Below, in pieces: positions 30,848 to 39,709 of a DNA stretch of 40,169 nt. The translations under genes were made by a program, and so were the position numbers. The notes under the pieces are model-generated. The model was given only the letters and a program-made list of their open reading frames with translations. It had not been told where the DNA came from and did not search any database. The first letter of the stretch is position 1; every line of letters starts with the position of its first letter. Where the stretch lies: IMG/VR virus record IMGVR_UViG_2693429774_000011, one strand, 5' to 3'. The DNA is from a virus (lineage: Duplodnaviria > Heunggongvirae > Uroviricota > Caudoviricetes).

Positions 30848-31843
30848 TTACGCCAGTACGCCAATTGCCAGCGCACGATCGATAAAACGAAATATCAGCT
30901 CCAGCTGGGAGCCATACTTCTCTTCAAATGCCACGGTATCCGCATGCAGCTCGTCGTGATGCTTTCTGCACAAAGGCAACACAAAGAGGTCATGCGCTTT
31001 TGTACCCATCCCACCCTGACCGTGGCCTATCAAGTGGTGGGGATCATCAGCAGGCTTTCCACAACATGCACACGGCTGTGTCTTAACCCAGCGCGTGTAC
31101 TTTTCATTAACCCAGCGGCGACGTTTTGGGCGTAACATAAAAGACTCCGGCGACTCCGGATCCACTTTCAGCGTCAGCACCTTTTTCGCCTTATCCTGGA
31201 TGATGCTGGTGGCAGGAACCGAAGGCACAAGGTCACTTTCCCGGGTGACAGACGGCACAACAGGCTTTGGTAATCTCAGTGCCTTACGGGCTGCACTTTC
31301 CGGTAAGGCATCCGCCAGGTCATTACGAATCAGCCACCAGCACAGTTCCGGCATTGTCACAACGTGACTATCATCAAAACCGAGATCCCGACGCACAACA
31401 GACAACACCCAGCGGGCACAGTTATCCGTTGCCATTGATTCCAGCCGTTCCGTGAACTGATCGCGCAGCTGGTTATCACAGTGCCAGCACAGACGGATTG
31501 CGCCCGGAGCGTGTCGCATTGTGGTCATGTTCTCGCTATGCCAGTCGGAATGAGGCCACTGGCAGCCTTTTTCACGAAGTAACCAGCTTTCAAGACATTC
31601 CACGCCACCAGCACGACGGATCACTGCCTCATTGCGGAACACGGCCCGAACAGCAGGATCATCCGCCAGCGGTTGTGATGCCGCGGGAACGGCACCACTG
31701 GCGAAAGATGAATAACGTTCCGGCTCAGGCTCCAGCAGTACACGCCCCTGCATAAACAGGGGCATCAGCTCTGAACCTGGTCTGAACAATACGATCCCCA
31801 TACGCGGGGCTATTTCAGGGGTCAGTAGTGCTCTCACGGTCAC
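30848..31843 (-). CDS. DUF968 / YdfU-like protein with HNH-like C-terminus
   Basis: 331 aa, C-terminal CACCGKP...HHLIGHG...CRKHHDELH. Confidence 0.6.
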   Translation of the reverse strand: MTVRALLTPEIAPRMGIVLFRPGSELMPLFMQGRVLLEPEPERYSSFASGAVPAASQPLADDPAVRAVFRNEAVIRRAGGVECLESWLLREKGCQWPHSDWHSENMTTMRHAPGAIRLCWHCDNQLRDQFTERLESMATDNCARWVLSVVRRDLGFDDSHVVTMPELCWWLIRNDLADALPESAARKALRLPKPVVPSVTRESDLVPSVPATSIIQDKAKKVLTLKVDPESPESFMLRPKRRRWVNEKYTRWVKTQPCACCGKPADDPHHLIGHGQGGMGTKAHDLFVLPLCRKHHDELHADTVAFEEKYGSQLELIFRFIDRALAIGVLA

Positions 31844-31844
31844 C

Positions 31845-32687
31845 TCAATGAACGGTATCGAGCAACTTTAACAGCTCAGGGAATCGGGATTCGAAGAAAT
31901 GCGGCTGCGTCTCACGCGGATTTGCGGGACTGGTGATGTTCTTGCCGAACATGCAGCCTTTCGCCGTCAGCGACCAGAATTTTTTGATGTTGTTAATCGC
32001 GGTACGGCTGTATCGTTCGCGCTGCTCGACGATCCCCAGCTTCGCCATCTGGTGATATGCCTGATTAGCCGTAAGGCGGATACCATACTGTTTCAGCAGT
32101 GCACTCAGCGACAGTGTCGGGCGGCTTGAGCCATCAGGCGCGTCAGCAGGAGCATCAATGGCATAGCGCGGTGCCAGATTCGGTAAGCCAACAGCCTCCT
32201 GGAGTTTCTGACAGGCCCCAAGCACTGAAGAGTTAGACAGGTTTAACTCCCTGCGCATAAAGTCCAGCAGAATCACTCCAGCCTGCATCTTGTCAGCAGC
32301 CTGCCCGGATAATTTTTCCGGTACGCTGGTTACCATATCGAAAGTACGGATCACCTTCAGATGGAATGACGGGCTGATCCACATTGCATAGGCATACACC
32401 AGTTCCTTGCAGACATAAGTTCCCCGTTCATTTCCCCCATGAATCACACTCACCGGGTCAACACCCAAATTCTGGGTGTTGGTCAATTCATGAACAAGTT
32501 CAACAGTTTGTTGGCTGGAAAGAAACTTTCCTGGCTCCTTGGTTCTGGCATTTGCACCAGATGCTACTGCTGCGCGATGCAGATCGTTCAGGCTGTAACG
32601 CCCATAAGCATCACGACGAACTTCAATACCATCAATGACCATCAGATTATTCATACTTCGTTTCTCCTTTTGCTCAGGCGTCTGCAC
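31845..32687 (-). CDS. KilA-N domain protein (antirepressor-like)
   Basis: 280 aa with an N-terminal KilA-N-like region. Confidence 0.55.
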   Translation of the reverse strand: MQTPEQKEKRSMNNLMVIDGIEVRRDAYGRYSLNDLHRAAVASGANARTKEPGKFLSSQQTVELVHELTNTQNLGVDPVSVIHGGNERGTYVCKELVYAYAMWISPSFHLKVIRTFDMVTSVPEKLSGQAADKMQAGVILLDFMRRELNLSNSSVLGACQKLQEAVGLPNLAPRYAIDAPADAPDGSSRPTLSLSALLKQYGIRLTANQAYHQMAKLGIVEQRERYSRTAINNIKKFWSLTAKGCMFGKNITSPANPRETQPHFFESRFPELLKLLDTVH

Positions 32688-33063
32688 CCGCCGTTTTCTC
32701 GTACTTACTGATAGTGATCTCGACCTTCCCTTCCGGGATAACCGGTCCCCACTCCACCAGCATTCTTTTCACCTGGCTGTCGTCTTCCCACACACCCGCG
32801 TGGGTCAGAACGTCAAACAGCGCCTTGTTATAGTTGTCCAGATCGCGGATCCTGTTATCCGGAGGAAACAACACAATCTCTACTGAAGCAGGTGCCGACG
32901 TTGGTTTCGGCAGACGACGTAACTGCTCAACTATTGCTGCGCACGCCGCGCTCTGGAATTTTCGCCCCGCCGCGCTTATCAGGCTCTTACCAGCAAACGC
33001 CCCTTTGTTGGGGTGTCGCCAGTACGTGTTCACGCTGGGCGGAAAAGGCAGGATCAGCTTCAT
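32674..33063 (-). CDS. rusA: Holliday junction resolvase RusA
   Basis: 129 aa, N-terminal LPFPPSVN and central DxDN motifs typical of RusA. Confidence 0.8.
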   Translation of the reverse strand: MKLILPFPPSVNTYWRHPNKGAFAGKSLISAAGRKFQSAACAAIVEQLRRLPKPTSAPASVEIVLFPPDNRIRDLDNYNKALFDVLTHAGVWEDDSQVKRMLVEWGPVIPEGKVEITISKYEKTAGADA

Positions 33064-33419
33064 ACTTTCAGGCCCCTCTCATGTAACCAGTGGGTTGCAC
33101 GCAGCCTTGCGTTTTCCTCACCGGCAAGCAGTGAGCGGATAATCCCGACCGCCTCGCTGTCGTCGTCCTTCACCGCGGTATGAAGCGTGATGCCCCGGGC
33201 CACGCCACGCTTTATCGTGATGACGCCTTTTTTCTCCAGTGCGCGAAGATGCTCCACCGCTGCATTCACTGAACGGTATCCCAGCATGGTTGCCACCTCC
33301 TGATTGGTTGGCGGGAAGCCACGTTCTTTCTGATAAGAAATCAGCATATCCAGCACCTGCTGCTGACACTGAGTTAACGTCGTCATTAAGCCCCCACGTA
33401 ATTCCCTGACAGATACCAT
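33060..33419 (-). CDS. LexA-type DNA-binding-domain protein lacking the peptidase domain
   Basis: LTQCQQQVLDMLISYQKERGFPPTNQEVATMLGYRSVNAAVEHLRALEKKGVI matches the LexA N-terminal winged-HTH pattern; no S24 peptidase domain. Confidence 0.6.
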   Translation of the reverse strand: MVSVRELRGGLMTTLTQCQQQVLDMLISYQKERGFPPTNQEVATMLGYRSVNAAVEHLRALEKKGVITIKRGVARGITLHTAVKDDDSEAVGIIRSLLAGEENARLRATHWLHERGLKV

Positions 33420-33880
33420 TCATCACCCGATACAGCGCGCTTGCTGCTTTTCCGTAAGCACCGCTCTCGACGCGCCAGAAAGTTGTTTCGTTCTGGCTGG
33501 GAGTGACTTTCACGGAATGCCGCCATCCACACCGTTGCAGCACGACGGTATAAGCCCCTGGACTCCAGCTCTTCAGCCTGGCGGGTCAGGCACAAAATCA
33601 CCCGGGGATCGTTAGTGCCGACATAGAAATTGCGCACAGGTCTGGTTTCACGAACAGATTGTGGTTCCGGCTCCTGCGCTCTCTCAGTCAGGCGCGGGAA
33701 ATGTCTGCGTGTATCTCCTTCACAACGGTGAGCCACACGCCCACTCTGACGTAACTTGCTTGCTGACTGCAGAACGCGCTGCCGTGAGTAACCAGCAAAA
33801 GCATCTGCAATGTCTCCGGAAGTACAGCCCGGATGGGCTTCAATGAATTTCTGAACGTCATTCAAAAGACTCATGATCAC
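33386..33880 (-). CDS. PerC-family regulator-like protein
   Basis: 164 aa with LESRGLYRRAATVW, the signature I associate with PerC. Confidence 0.5.
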   Translation of the reverse strand: MIMSLLNDVQKFIEAHPGCTSGDIADAFAGYSRQRVLQSASKLRQSGRVAHRCEGDTRRHFPRLTERAQEPEPQSVRETRPVRNFYVGTNDPRVILCLTRQAEELESRGLYRRAATVWMAAFRESHSQPERNNFLARRERCLRKSSKRAVSGDEWYLSGNYVGA

Positions 33881-34818
33881 CCCCTGAATCCTGCCGGGAT
33901 CTGGCTGTAGTCCACGTTGTCGTAACTGGCTTTGAAGTACGGGTCTTCACGTTTTTCTGTGTGCGTGCTGACGGACGGCGATAAGCGCAGGGAAAGCTCA
34001 TCCCATTTTTCCCGCAACTTCGACGGGCTGAGCACGTTACGGCACCAGAACGGATCGCGGCTGACGCGGCTGTACATCTCGCAGATTTGTTTGTGAGTAC
34101 GACCATCCTGCACACACATCAGGCGAATTTCGTTTGCCCATGCTGTCCAGTTCGGTTCTTTGGGACGAACCACCTCGCCGTCACATTCGGCGGCCTGCTC
34201 GTACAGGGCAATGATTTTTTTCCAGAGCCACTGTGCGCAGGTCAAATCATCCTGCGTTCCCCACTGGCGCTTTTTAGGGCTGAATACAACCGCATCAGGA
34301 TGGCGAGTTAAAAAATCCTGTTCAGCCGTCTGCGTGTCCGGTTGCGAAGCGTCCGGACGAGAAGGTTTTTTATCTGACGGATCATGTTTTGATTTTACTG
34401 ACGGATCCCCGCCAGATTCTGACGGGTGAAAACCCGCTTTTTTGCCAGATTTCGACGCATCAAATTTTGACGGGTCAGATTTTGATGCGTCAGATTTTGA
34501 CGGGTCAGAATCTGACAGTTGAGAAAATGCCGCTGCCTGAAGCTTCGCAACGTTAAGCTGATAAACATTCGACGCATTGCGGTTACCCTGGCGACGCGCC
34601 TTACGCGTTAACCAGCCTTCTGCTTCCAGCCGTGCGATAGCCGTTCTGACGGTACTCATCCCCGCGCCAATCTGGCGGGCAATGGTTTCAATTGATGGCC
34701 AGCACACACCTTCGTCATTACTGAAATCAGCCAAGCGGGCCATAATTGCCACGCTGGATAATTTCATGCCTGACGCTGCGCAACCATCCCATACATAGCC
34801 GGTTAATTTAGTGCTCAT
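33877..34818 (-). CDS. replication initiation protein (O-like, N-terminal winged HTH) with internal iterons
   Basis: 313 aa, GAGGT RBS; tandem SKSD-type repeats in the middle coincide with the DNA iterons. Confidence 0.65.
   Translation of the reverse strand: MSTKLTGYVWDGCAASGMKLSSVAIMARLADFSNDEGVCWPSIETIARQIGAGMSTVRTAIARLEAEGWLTRKARRQGNRNASNVYQLNVAKLQAAAFSQLSDSDPSKSDASKSDPSKFDASKSGKKAGFHPSESGGDPSVKSKHDPSDKKPSRPDASQPDTQTAEQDFLTRHPDAVVFSPKKRQWGTQDDLTCAQWLWKKIIALYEQAAECDGEVVRPKEPNWTAWANEIRLMCVQDGRTHKQICEMYSRVSRDPFWCRNVLSPSKLREKWDELSLRLSPSVSTHTEKREDPYFKASYDNVDYSQIPAGFRG
34370..34518. repeat. iteron array (about 8 imperfect 15-bp units, AGATTTTGACGGGTC-like) inside the replication gene: candidate origin
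   Basis: direct tandem repeats visible at 34462-34506 and degenerate copies on both sides. Confidence 0.6.
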
Positions 34819-34827
34819 GACCGACCT

Positions 34828-35166
34828 CTATTTCCCTGAATTTACGACGAAACTGTTCGAGCGGGCTGAAGCACTCATGCTCATAGCCTTCACGGAGGTA
34901 GATAACCCGTTGTGTTTCCGGCTCCCAACGAATGACTCTGACGGGCACTCCGTAGTGATCTTTGAACCAGCGGTTAACTTGTCGCAAAGGACTGCCTCCT
35001 TCTGCCGGTTGAAATCCCCCACAGCCCACTCTGCAAAGCTGTGGGTTACAATTTCCCTGTCACCTGGTACATTCACTGCATAGCAATACTCCACCTTCGC
35101 TTTTCCACCCGGTACAGGAAGCGCAATAAGTTGCGAGCGACGGTAGTGTGTTGTTAAACTGTTCAT
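34828..35166 (-). CDS. hypothetical early protein
   Basis: 112 aa, GGAGA RBS, ATG overlaps the CII-like stop (ATGA), stop 10 nt before the O-like start. Confidence 0.45.
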   Translation of the reverse strand: MNSLTTHYRRSQLIALPVPGGKAKVEYCYAVNVPGDREIVTHSFAEWAVGDFNRQKEAVLCDKLTAGSKITTECPSESFVGSRKHNGLSTSVKAMSMSASARSNSFVVNSGK

Positions 35167-35726
35167 GCGTTAGTTTCTCCACAGTCACGACACGCCACGG
35201 CGCCCGGAGCTGCACACTCGCGGGCGTCATTACTTTCTGAAATGCAAAAAATTTTGTAGACCAGTGCTGCATGCTCCTGCAGCTTCGAAATTGAGAGGTA
35301 CAACTCGTCGTTAATTGCTGTCTTCTCATGCGGTTCCACTACACCGTCTTCAATTGCTGAACGAATCTGTTTTGAATAACTGCCGATCTGTTCAATGACC
35401 TCCAGCAGGCGTTGGTTGATATCGGCGTTGTCCACATCCTCGACGTCAGGAAGAGACACAAAGACGCCATTTGCAGACTGCGCCACAGCATCAGCAATGA
35501 AGTGAGTGCCACCAGCACGCTGTAAAACCATTGCCCATCCCAGCGGGAAAATCTGATCGCCATCTGCACGAAGGCGGTTGAATAAAGCGTTTTCTGTTAC
35601 ATCGAGCCAGTCAGCCGCTTCAGCGTAACCACCCGGCAACGCCGCGATAGTTTTTCTGACAGCTTTCACGTACCACTCAGGCTGTTTTTCTATTTTCCAG
35701 TGATGCTTACCCACGATTAGCCTCAT
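35163..35726 (-). CDS. CII-like early regulatory protein (tentative)
   Basis: 187 aa immediately downstream of cro. Confidence 0.4.
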   Translation of the reverse strand: MRLIVGKHHWKIEKQPEWYVKAVRKTIAALPGGYAEAADWLDVTENALFNRLRADGDQIFPLGWAMVLQRAGGTHFIADAVAQSANGVFVSLPDVEDVDNADINQRLLEVIEQIGSYSKQIRSAIEDGVVEPHEKTAINDELYLSISKLQEHAALVYKIFCISESNDARECAAPGAVACRDCGETNA

Positions 35727-35757
35727 CGTTCTGTGGTTAAAAATTGAAAGTGTTCTG

Positions 35758-35958
35758 CTAATCTTTCGGATAGATATCCGGTCTTAAGTCAGATTTCGTA
35801 ATTGCACCTGACGTGCATTGCTCAAGTTTTTTAGCCAGCACAAAACTGGCTTTTTTATAGCCATTGAAAACCAGCCGTAAGTAGCCAGGTGTTGAGCCAA
35901 CTTTTCCGGCCAACTCGCCCTGCTGTTCTTTGGTTAAAGAGTCCCAATACGCTTTCAT
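35758..35958 (-). CDS. Cro-like HTH repressor
   Basis: 66 aa from MKAYWDSLTKEQQGELAGKVGSTPGYL..., GGAGGT RBS 9 nt upstream, divergent from cI; the longer ORF-track N-terminus is rejected. Confidence 0.7.
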   Translation of the reverse strand: MKAYWDSLTKEQQGELAGKVGSTPGYLRLVFNGYKKASFVLAKKLEQCTSGAITKSDLRPDIYPKD

Positions 35959-35963
35959 ACAAT

Positions 35964-36033
35964 ATGTACCTCCGGTGTACATATTACATGATTGAAATGA
36001 ACCTTCAAGATACTTGTACCTTAACGGTACAAG
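35964..36033. promoter_or_regulatory. operator / divergent promoter region between cro and cI
   Basis: palindromes ATGTACC-N5-GGTACAT (35964-35982) and CTTGTACC-TTAA-CGGTACAAG (36013-36033); minus-strand TTGAAG-16-TAATAT promoter toward cro. Confidence 0.55.
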
Positions 36034-36042
36034 GGTTTTAAT
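36014..36042 (+). promoter_or_regulatory. PRM-like promoter giving a leaderless cI transcript
   Basis: TTGTAC, 17-bp spacer, TTTAAT; predicted start at or next to the A of the cI ATG (36049). Confidence 0.4.
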
Positions 36043-36048
36043 TTCGTT

Positions 36049-36723
36049 ATGAAAACAATCCATGACATCCGGCGGTCTAACGCCAGAAAACTGAGAGATG
36101 GTGTTGGCGGGAATTCTTCCTTTGCCACTATGATTGATCGCGAGCCAACCCAGACCAGCAGGTTTATGGGAGATGGTGCTACTAAAAATATCGGTGACAG
36201 CATGGCACGACACATCGAAAAATGTTTCGACCTGCCTGTCGGATGGCTCGATCAAGAACACCAGACAACGAACATCACAAAAAAACCTGATGTTTCAATC
36301 ACTAATAAACAAATCACATTAGTCCCTGTCATATCATGGGTACAGGCCGGAGCATGGAAAGAAGTTGGATATTCTGAGGTTGATTTGAGCACAGCAGAAA
36401 CGTATCCCTGCCCTGTACCCTGTGGGGAAATGACTTATATCTTGCGGGTGATAGGTGATTCAATGATTGATGAGTACCGCCCGGGAGACATGATTTTTGT
36501 CGATCCTGAAGTACCTGCCTGCCACGGTGACGACGTTATTGCATTGATGCACGATACAGGTGAAACCACCTTCAAAAGGTTGATAGAAGATGGGACACAG
36601 CGTTATCTCAAAGCGTTAAACCCAAACTGGCCTGAGCCTTACATTAAGATCAACGGTAATTGCTCTATAATTGGTACAGTGATTTTCTCAGGAAAACCAA
36701 GAAGATACAAAATCAAAGCCTAA
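36049..36723 (+). CDS. CI-type prophage repressor (HTH + S24 LexA-like autopeptidase domain)
   Basis: 224 aa, C-terminal GDSMIDEYRPGD and KRL motifs of S24 peptidases. Confidence 0.85.
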   Translation: MKTIHDIRRSNARKLRDGVGGNSSFATMIDREPTQTSRFMGDGATKNIGDSMARHIEKCFDLPVGWLDQEHQTTNITKKPDVSITNKQITLVPVISWVQAGAWKEVGYSEVDLSTAETYPCPVPCGEMTYILRVIGDSMIDEYRPGDMIFVDPEVPACHGDDVIALMHDTGETTFKRLIEDGTQRYLKALNPNWPEPYIKINGNCSIIGTVIFSGKPRRYKIKA

Positions 36724-36735
36724 TCAATGTTTATG

Positions 36736-36758
36736 AACCTGCTTCGGCAGGTTTTTTT
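36736..36758 (+). terminator. intrinsic terminator after cI
   Basis: AACCTGC-TTCG-GCAGGTT followed by 7 T. Confidence 0.7.
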
Positions 36759-36762
36759 ATAC

Positions 36763-36790
36763 TTGACAATGTACCTTTGAGATACATAAT
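36763..36790 (+). promoter_or_regulatory. PL-like early promoter with operator-like palindrome in the spacer
   Basis: TTGACA, 16-bp spacer, CATAAT; ATGTACC...ATACAT inverted repeat (36769-36787) between the hexamers. Confidence 0.6.
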
Positions 36791-36916
36791 GTACCCAAGC
36801 GAAACAACAAACAGGCAGGACGCCCACGAAGTAGCCGCCTGGGGCATATGAAGTCCAGGATGATTCGTTGAGTCATGTTGTGCCACTAGGCACTCATGTT
36901 AAAGCAGGTGTATGAA

Positions 36917-37192
36917 ATGAAAGTCCAGATTTTAAACAATAACTGTGAAGTCGTTTGGTCATACGACATAGCCGCCCCTGTAGATCAGAGCGGCGATAGC
37001 TGGACCAATGGGAAACATCAGATTATGGCTGGAGTTGTGTTCTCTTTACGCCGTGCTTTGGAACAGGCTGAAGTATTTCCATCAGACCCTGAATGGAAAT
37101 GGCCTTTTTCTATTTGTCCAAATTCGGAGAGCACATTTCAGAAAATTGGTCAGAAAGCCGCACTCGAAGAGCATCAGCCAACTGTTTCCTGA
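36917..37192 (+). CDS. hypothetical protein, first gene of the PL-like operon
   Basis: 91 aa from the third in-frame ATG (AGGTG RBS); not Arg-rich, so not an obvious N-like antiterminator. Confidence 0.4.
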   Translation: MKVQILNNNCEVVWSYDIAAPVDQSGDSWTNGKHQIMAGVVFSLRRALEQAEVFPSDPEWKWPFSICPNSESTFQKIGQKAALEEHQPTVS

Positions 37193-37355
37193 TTTTTTCA
37201 GGTAACTCGTCGGCATCGCAGAAACAACAACGCTCGATCATGTTGAAAGCCGATTCGTAGAACTGTTTCTGCTGAGTGTCGCTGAGACAGGAAAAGAGCG
37301 ACGTTACGATGATTTTATTAATTGCATTATCAAGTTCTTTTTCATCAAAAGTCAT
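37110..37355 (-). CDS. hypothetical acidic protein, convergent with and overlapping the previous ORF
   Basis: 81 aa, AAGGA RBS; overlaps the plus-strand ORF by 83 bp. Confidence 0.35.
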   Translation of the reverse strand: MTFDEKELDNAINKIIVTSLFSCLSDTQQKQFYESAFNMIERCCFCDADELPEKIRKQLADALRVRLSDQFSEMCSPNLDK

Positions 37356-37792
37356 TTGATTTTCCTTTTATGTATACGGGCTTAAAAGGATACCACCGAG
37401 CCTGAAGTGGTGAAAAGACAGGCACATAACAGCTAAGTATTTTCAACCAAAGAGAATCCTTAGCGTTGTGGTGAATGCGGCTCAGCGCACGCGGGTTAAG
37501 GTTGAGGCTGACAGTCGACCTTCTGTGGATACCCACCCGTCTGGTGTGCAACCTTCGCCAGGCACCGGGAGGCACCCGGCACCACAACTTTATGCTGTGT
37601 GTAGTCCTGGCGGTACCAGTTTGTACCCTTGCTTCCGGCTGGTACCGTCCTTTTTACAAAACAGAGAAGAGCATCACCGGACGACGGGCTCATAACCCAA
37701 TCCATCCGGGCGGCTGCCACCGCAGGTGTTCTTCTCTGTTTTGTGGAGAAACTAATCGGCCTTGCAGGGTCGATATGATGAGGAGCAGCAAA
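37356..37792 (+). other. GC-rich noncoding region with nested inverted repeats (possible structured RNA / terminator)
   Basis: no credible ORF on either strand; CGGTACCAG / CTGGTACCG stem (37611-37647) followed by TCCTTTTT; AACAGAGAAGA / TCTTCTCTGTT long-range pairing (37660-37670 with 37730-37740). Confidence 0.4.
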
Positions 37793-38155
37793 ATGGCTAG
37801 CGAACGCAGTACTGATGTGCAGGCATTTATCGGGGAGCTGGACGGCGGCGTATTTGAAACCAAAATCGGCGCAGTTCTCAGTGAAGTCGCTTCCGGTGTG
37901 ATGAACACGAAAACCAAAGGTAAGGTCTCACTCAACCTGGAAATCGAACCATTTGATGAGAACCGTGTGGAAATCAAACACAAACTCTCATATGTTCGCC
38001 CGACTAACCGCGGGAAAATTTCCGAAGAAGACACCACCGAAACGCCGATGTATGTCAATCGCGGTGGTCGCCTGACTATTCTGCAGGAAGACCAGGGACA
38101 GTTACTGACTCTTGCCGGTGAACCTGACGGAAAACTCCGCGCAGCAGGTCGTTAA
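37793..38155 (+). CDS. yfdP: YfdP-like protein
   Basis: 120 aa from MASERSTDVQ...; length and neighbours match the CPS-53 yfdP-yfdQ-yfdR-yfdS block as recalled. Confidence 0.55.
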   Translation: MASERSTDVQAFIGELDGGVFETKIGAVLSEVASGVMNTKTKGKVSLNLEIEPFDENRVEIKHKLSYVRPTNRGKISEEDTTETPMYVNRGGRLTILQEDQGQLLTLAGEPDGKLRAAGR

Positions 38156-38220
38156 TATCGTTTTTAATTAACTGATTATTTATCTCATCACTGAATATCT
38201 TTATATAGTGAGGACTTATT

Positions 38221-39045
38221 ATGTCTCAGAACTTAGACGCAACCGCAATTAATCAAATCCATGCCCTTATTTCTGCTCAGAGTGTTAATGAAATTATCAG
38301 TAAGATTGGTGCCGATGCTGTGGCATTGCCTGAGAATTTCCGCATTCATGATCTGGAAAAATTTAATTTAAATCGCTTCCGTTTCCGTGGTGCGCTTTCC
38401 ACTGCCAGCATCGATGACTTTACCCGTTATTCTAAAGATCTTGCAGATGAAGGCACCCGCTGCTTTATCGATGCTGATAATATGCGTGCCGTCAGTGTGC
38501 TTAACCTGGGTACTATTGATGAACCAGGTCACGCAGATAACACCGCCACACTCAAACTGAAAAAGACAGCACCGTTCTCTGCTCTGTTGTCTGTTAACGG
38601 CGAGCGTAACTCCCAGAAGTCACTGGCAGAATGGATTGAAGACTGGGCCGACTATCTTGTGGGCTTTGATGCTAATGGTGACGCTATTCAGGCAACAAAA
38701 GCGGCTGCGGCTGTCCGTAAAATCACGATTGAAGCAAACCATACCGCTGATTTTGAAGATAATGACTTCAGCGGCAAACGCTCCCTGATGGAGTCTGTCG
38801 AAGCGAAGACCAAAGACATTATGCCAGTGGCATTTGAATTTAAATGCGTTCCGTTTGAAGGTCTGAAAGAACGTCCGTTTAAATTACGCCTCAGTATTAT
38901 CACTGGCGATCGTCCTGTACTGGTTCTGCGCATTATTCAGCTGGAGGCGGTGCAGGAAGAAATGGCTAACGAATTTCGTGATCTGCTTGTTGAGAAATTC
39001 AAGGACAGCAAAGTAGAAACCTTTATTGGTACTTTCACCGCCTGA
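38221..39045 (+). CDS. yfdQ: YfdQ-like protein (DUF2303)
   Basis: 274 aa, same length as E. coli YfdQ as recalled; gene order. Confidence 0.6.
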   Translation: MSQNLDATAINQIHALISAQSVNEIISKIGADAVALPENFRIHDLEKFNLNRFRFRGALSTASIDDFTRYSKDLADEGTRCFIDADNMRAVSVLNLGTIDEPGHADNTATLKLKKTAPFSALLSVNGERNSQKSLAEWIEDWADYLVGFDANGDAIQATKAAAAVRKITIEANHTADFEDNDFSGKRSLMESVEAKTKDIMPVAFEFKCVPFEGLKERPFKLRLSIITGDRPVLVLRIIQLEAVQEEMANEFRDLLVEKFKDSKVETFIGTFTA

Positions 39046-39172
39046 TTTCATTACTGCAAATGCCCCTGCGGGGACATTTATGGAAACGTAATTTACTCAA
39101 TAATCGCCGGATGGTGAGGGATTCTTTTTACCAGAATTCAGCGCGGTGCAGCGCATATACGTGGAGAACAAA

Positions 39173-39709
39173 ATGTCATTTATTAAAACTTTTTCCGGGA
39201 AGCATTTTTATTATGACAGGATAAATAAAGACGACATCGATATTAACGATATCGCGGTTTCCCTTTCAAATATCTGTCGCTTTGCCGGTCATCTTTCGCA
39301 CTTCTACAGCGTCGCCCAACATGCGGTTCTTTGCAGCCAGCTGGTGCCGCAGGAATTTGCTTTTGAAGCGTTAATGCATGATGCAACAGAAGCGTATTGC
39401 CAGGACATTCCCGCACCACTGAAACGCCTTCTTCCTGACTATAAACAAATGGAAGAAAAAATAGACGCCGTAATCCGTGAGAAATACGGGTTACCCCCGG
39501 TTATGAGTACGCCCGTGAAATATGCCGATCTCATCATGCTGGCAACCGAACGCCGCGATCTCGGGCTTGATGATGGCTCTTTCTGGCCTGTACTGGAAGG
39601 TATCCCGGCAACAGAGATGTTCAACGTGATTCCACTGGCACCGGGCCATGCCTACGGGATGTTTATGGAACGCTTTAACGAGTTATCGGAGTTACGCAAA
39701 TGCGCATGA
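39173..39709 (+). CDS. yfdR: HD-domain phosphohydrolase, YfdR-like (5'-deoxynucleotidase family)
   Basis: 178 aa from ATG with GGAGAA RBS; HD-type His/Asp motifs. Confidence 0.7.
   Translation: MSFIKTFSGKHFYYDRINKDDIDINDIAVSLSNICRFAGHLSHFYSVAQHAVLCSQLVPQEFAFEALMHDATEAYCQDIPAPLKRLLPDYKQMEEKIDAVIREKYGLPPVMSTPVKYADLIMLATERRDLGLDDGSFWPVLEGIPATEMFNVIPLAPGHAYGMFMERFNELSELRKCA

Noticed and set aside
34808-35029. 73-aa ORF, and the plus-strand 90-aa ORF 34811-35083
   Set aside because: Both overlap the better-supported 112-aa ORF 34828-35166; the 73-aa ORF needs a GTG start without RBS; the plus-strand ORF is antisense to the early operon.
35959-36261. 167-aa version of the cro ORF
   Set aside because: The upstream 101 codons run through the operator region antisense to cI; the real start is MKAY with a GGAGGT RBS.
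36917-37192. N-like antiterminator at the head of the PL operon
   Set aside because: The product lacks an Arg-rich N-terminal motif and I found no convincing boxA/boxB nut site between promoter and gene.
37475-37792. N-terminal 106 codons of the 226-aa ORF
   Set aside because: Arg/Cys-rich, no RBS, translation of GC-rich structured DNA; the gene starts at ATG 37793.
37356-37792. Retron msr/msd RNA
   Set aside because: Inverted repeats are present but no reverse transcriptase gene follows; the next genes are yfdP/yfdQ-like.
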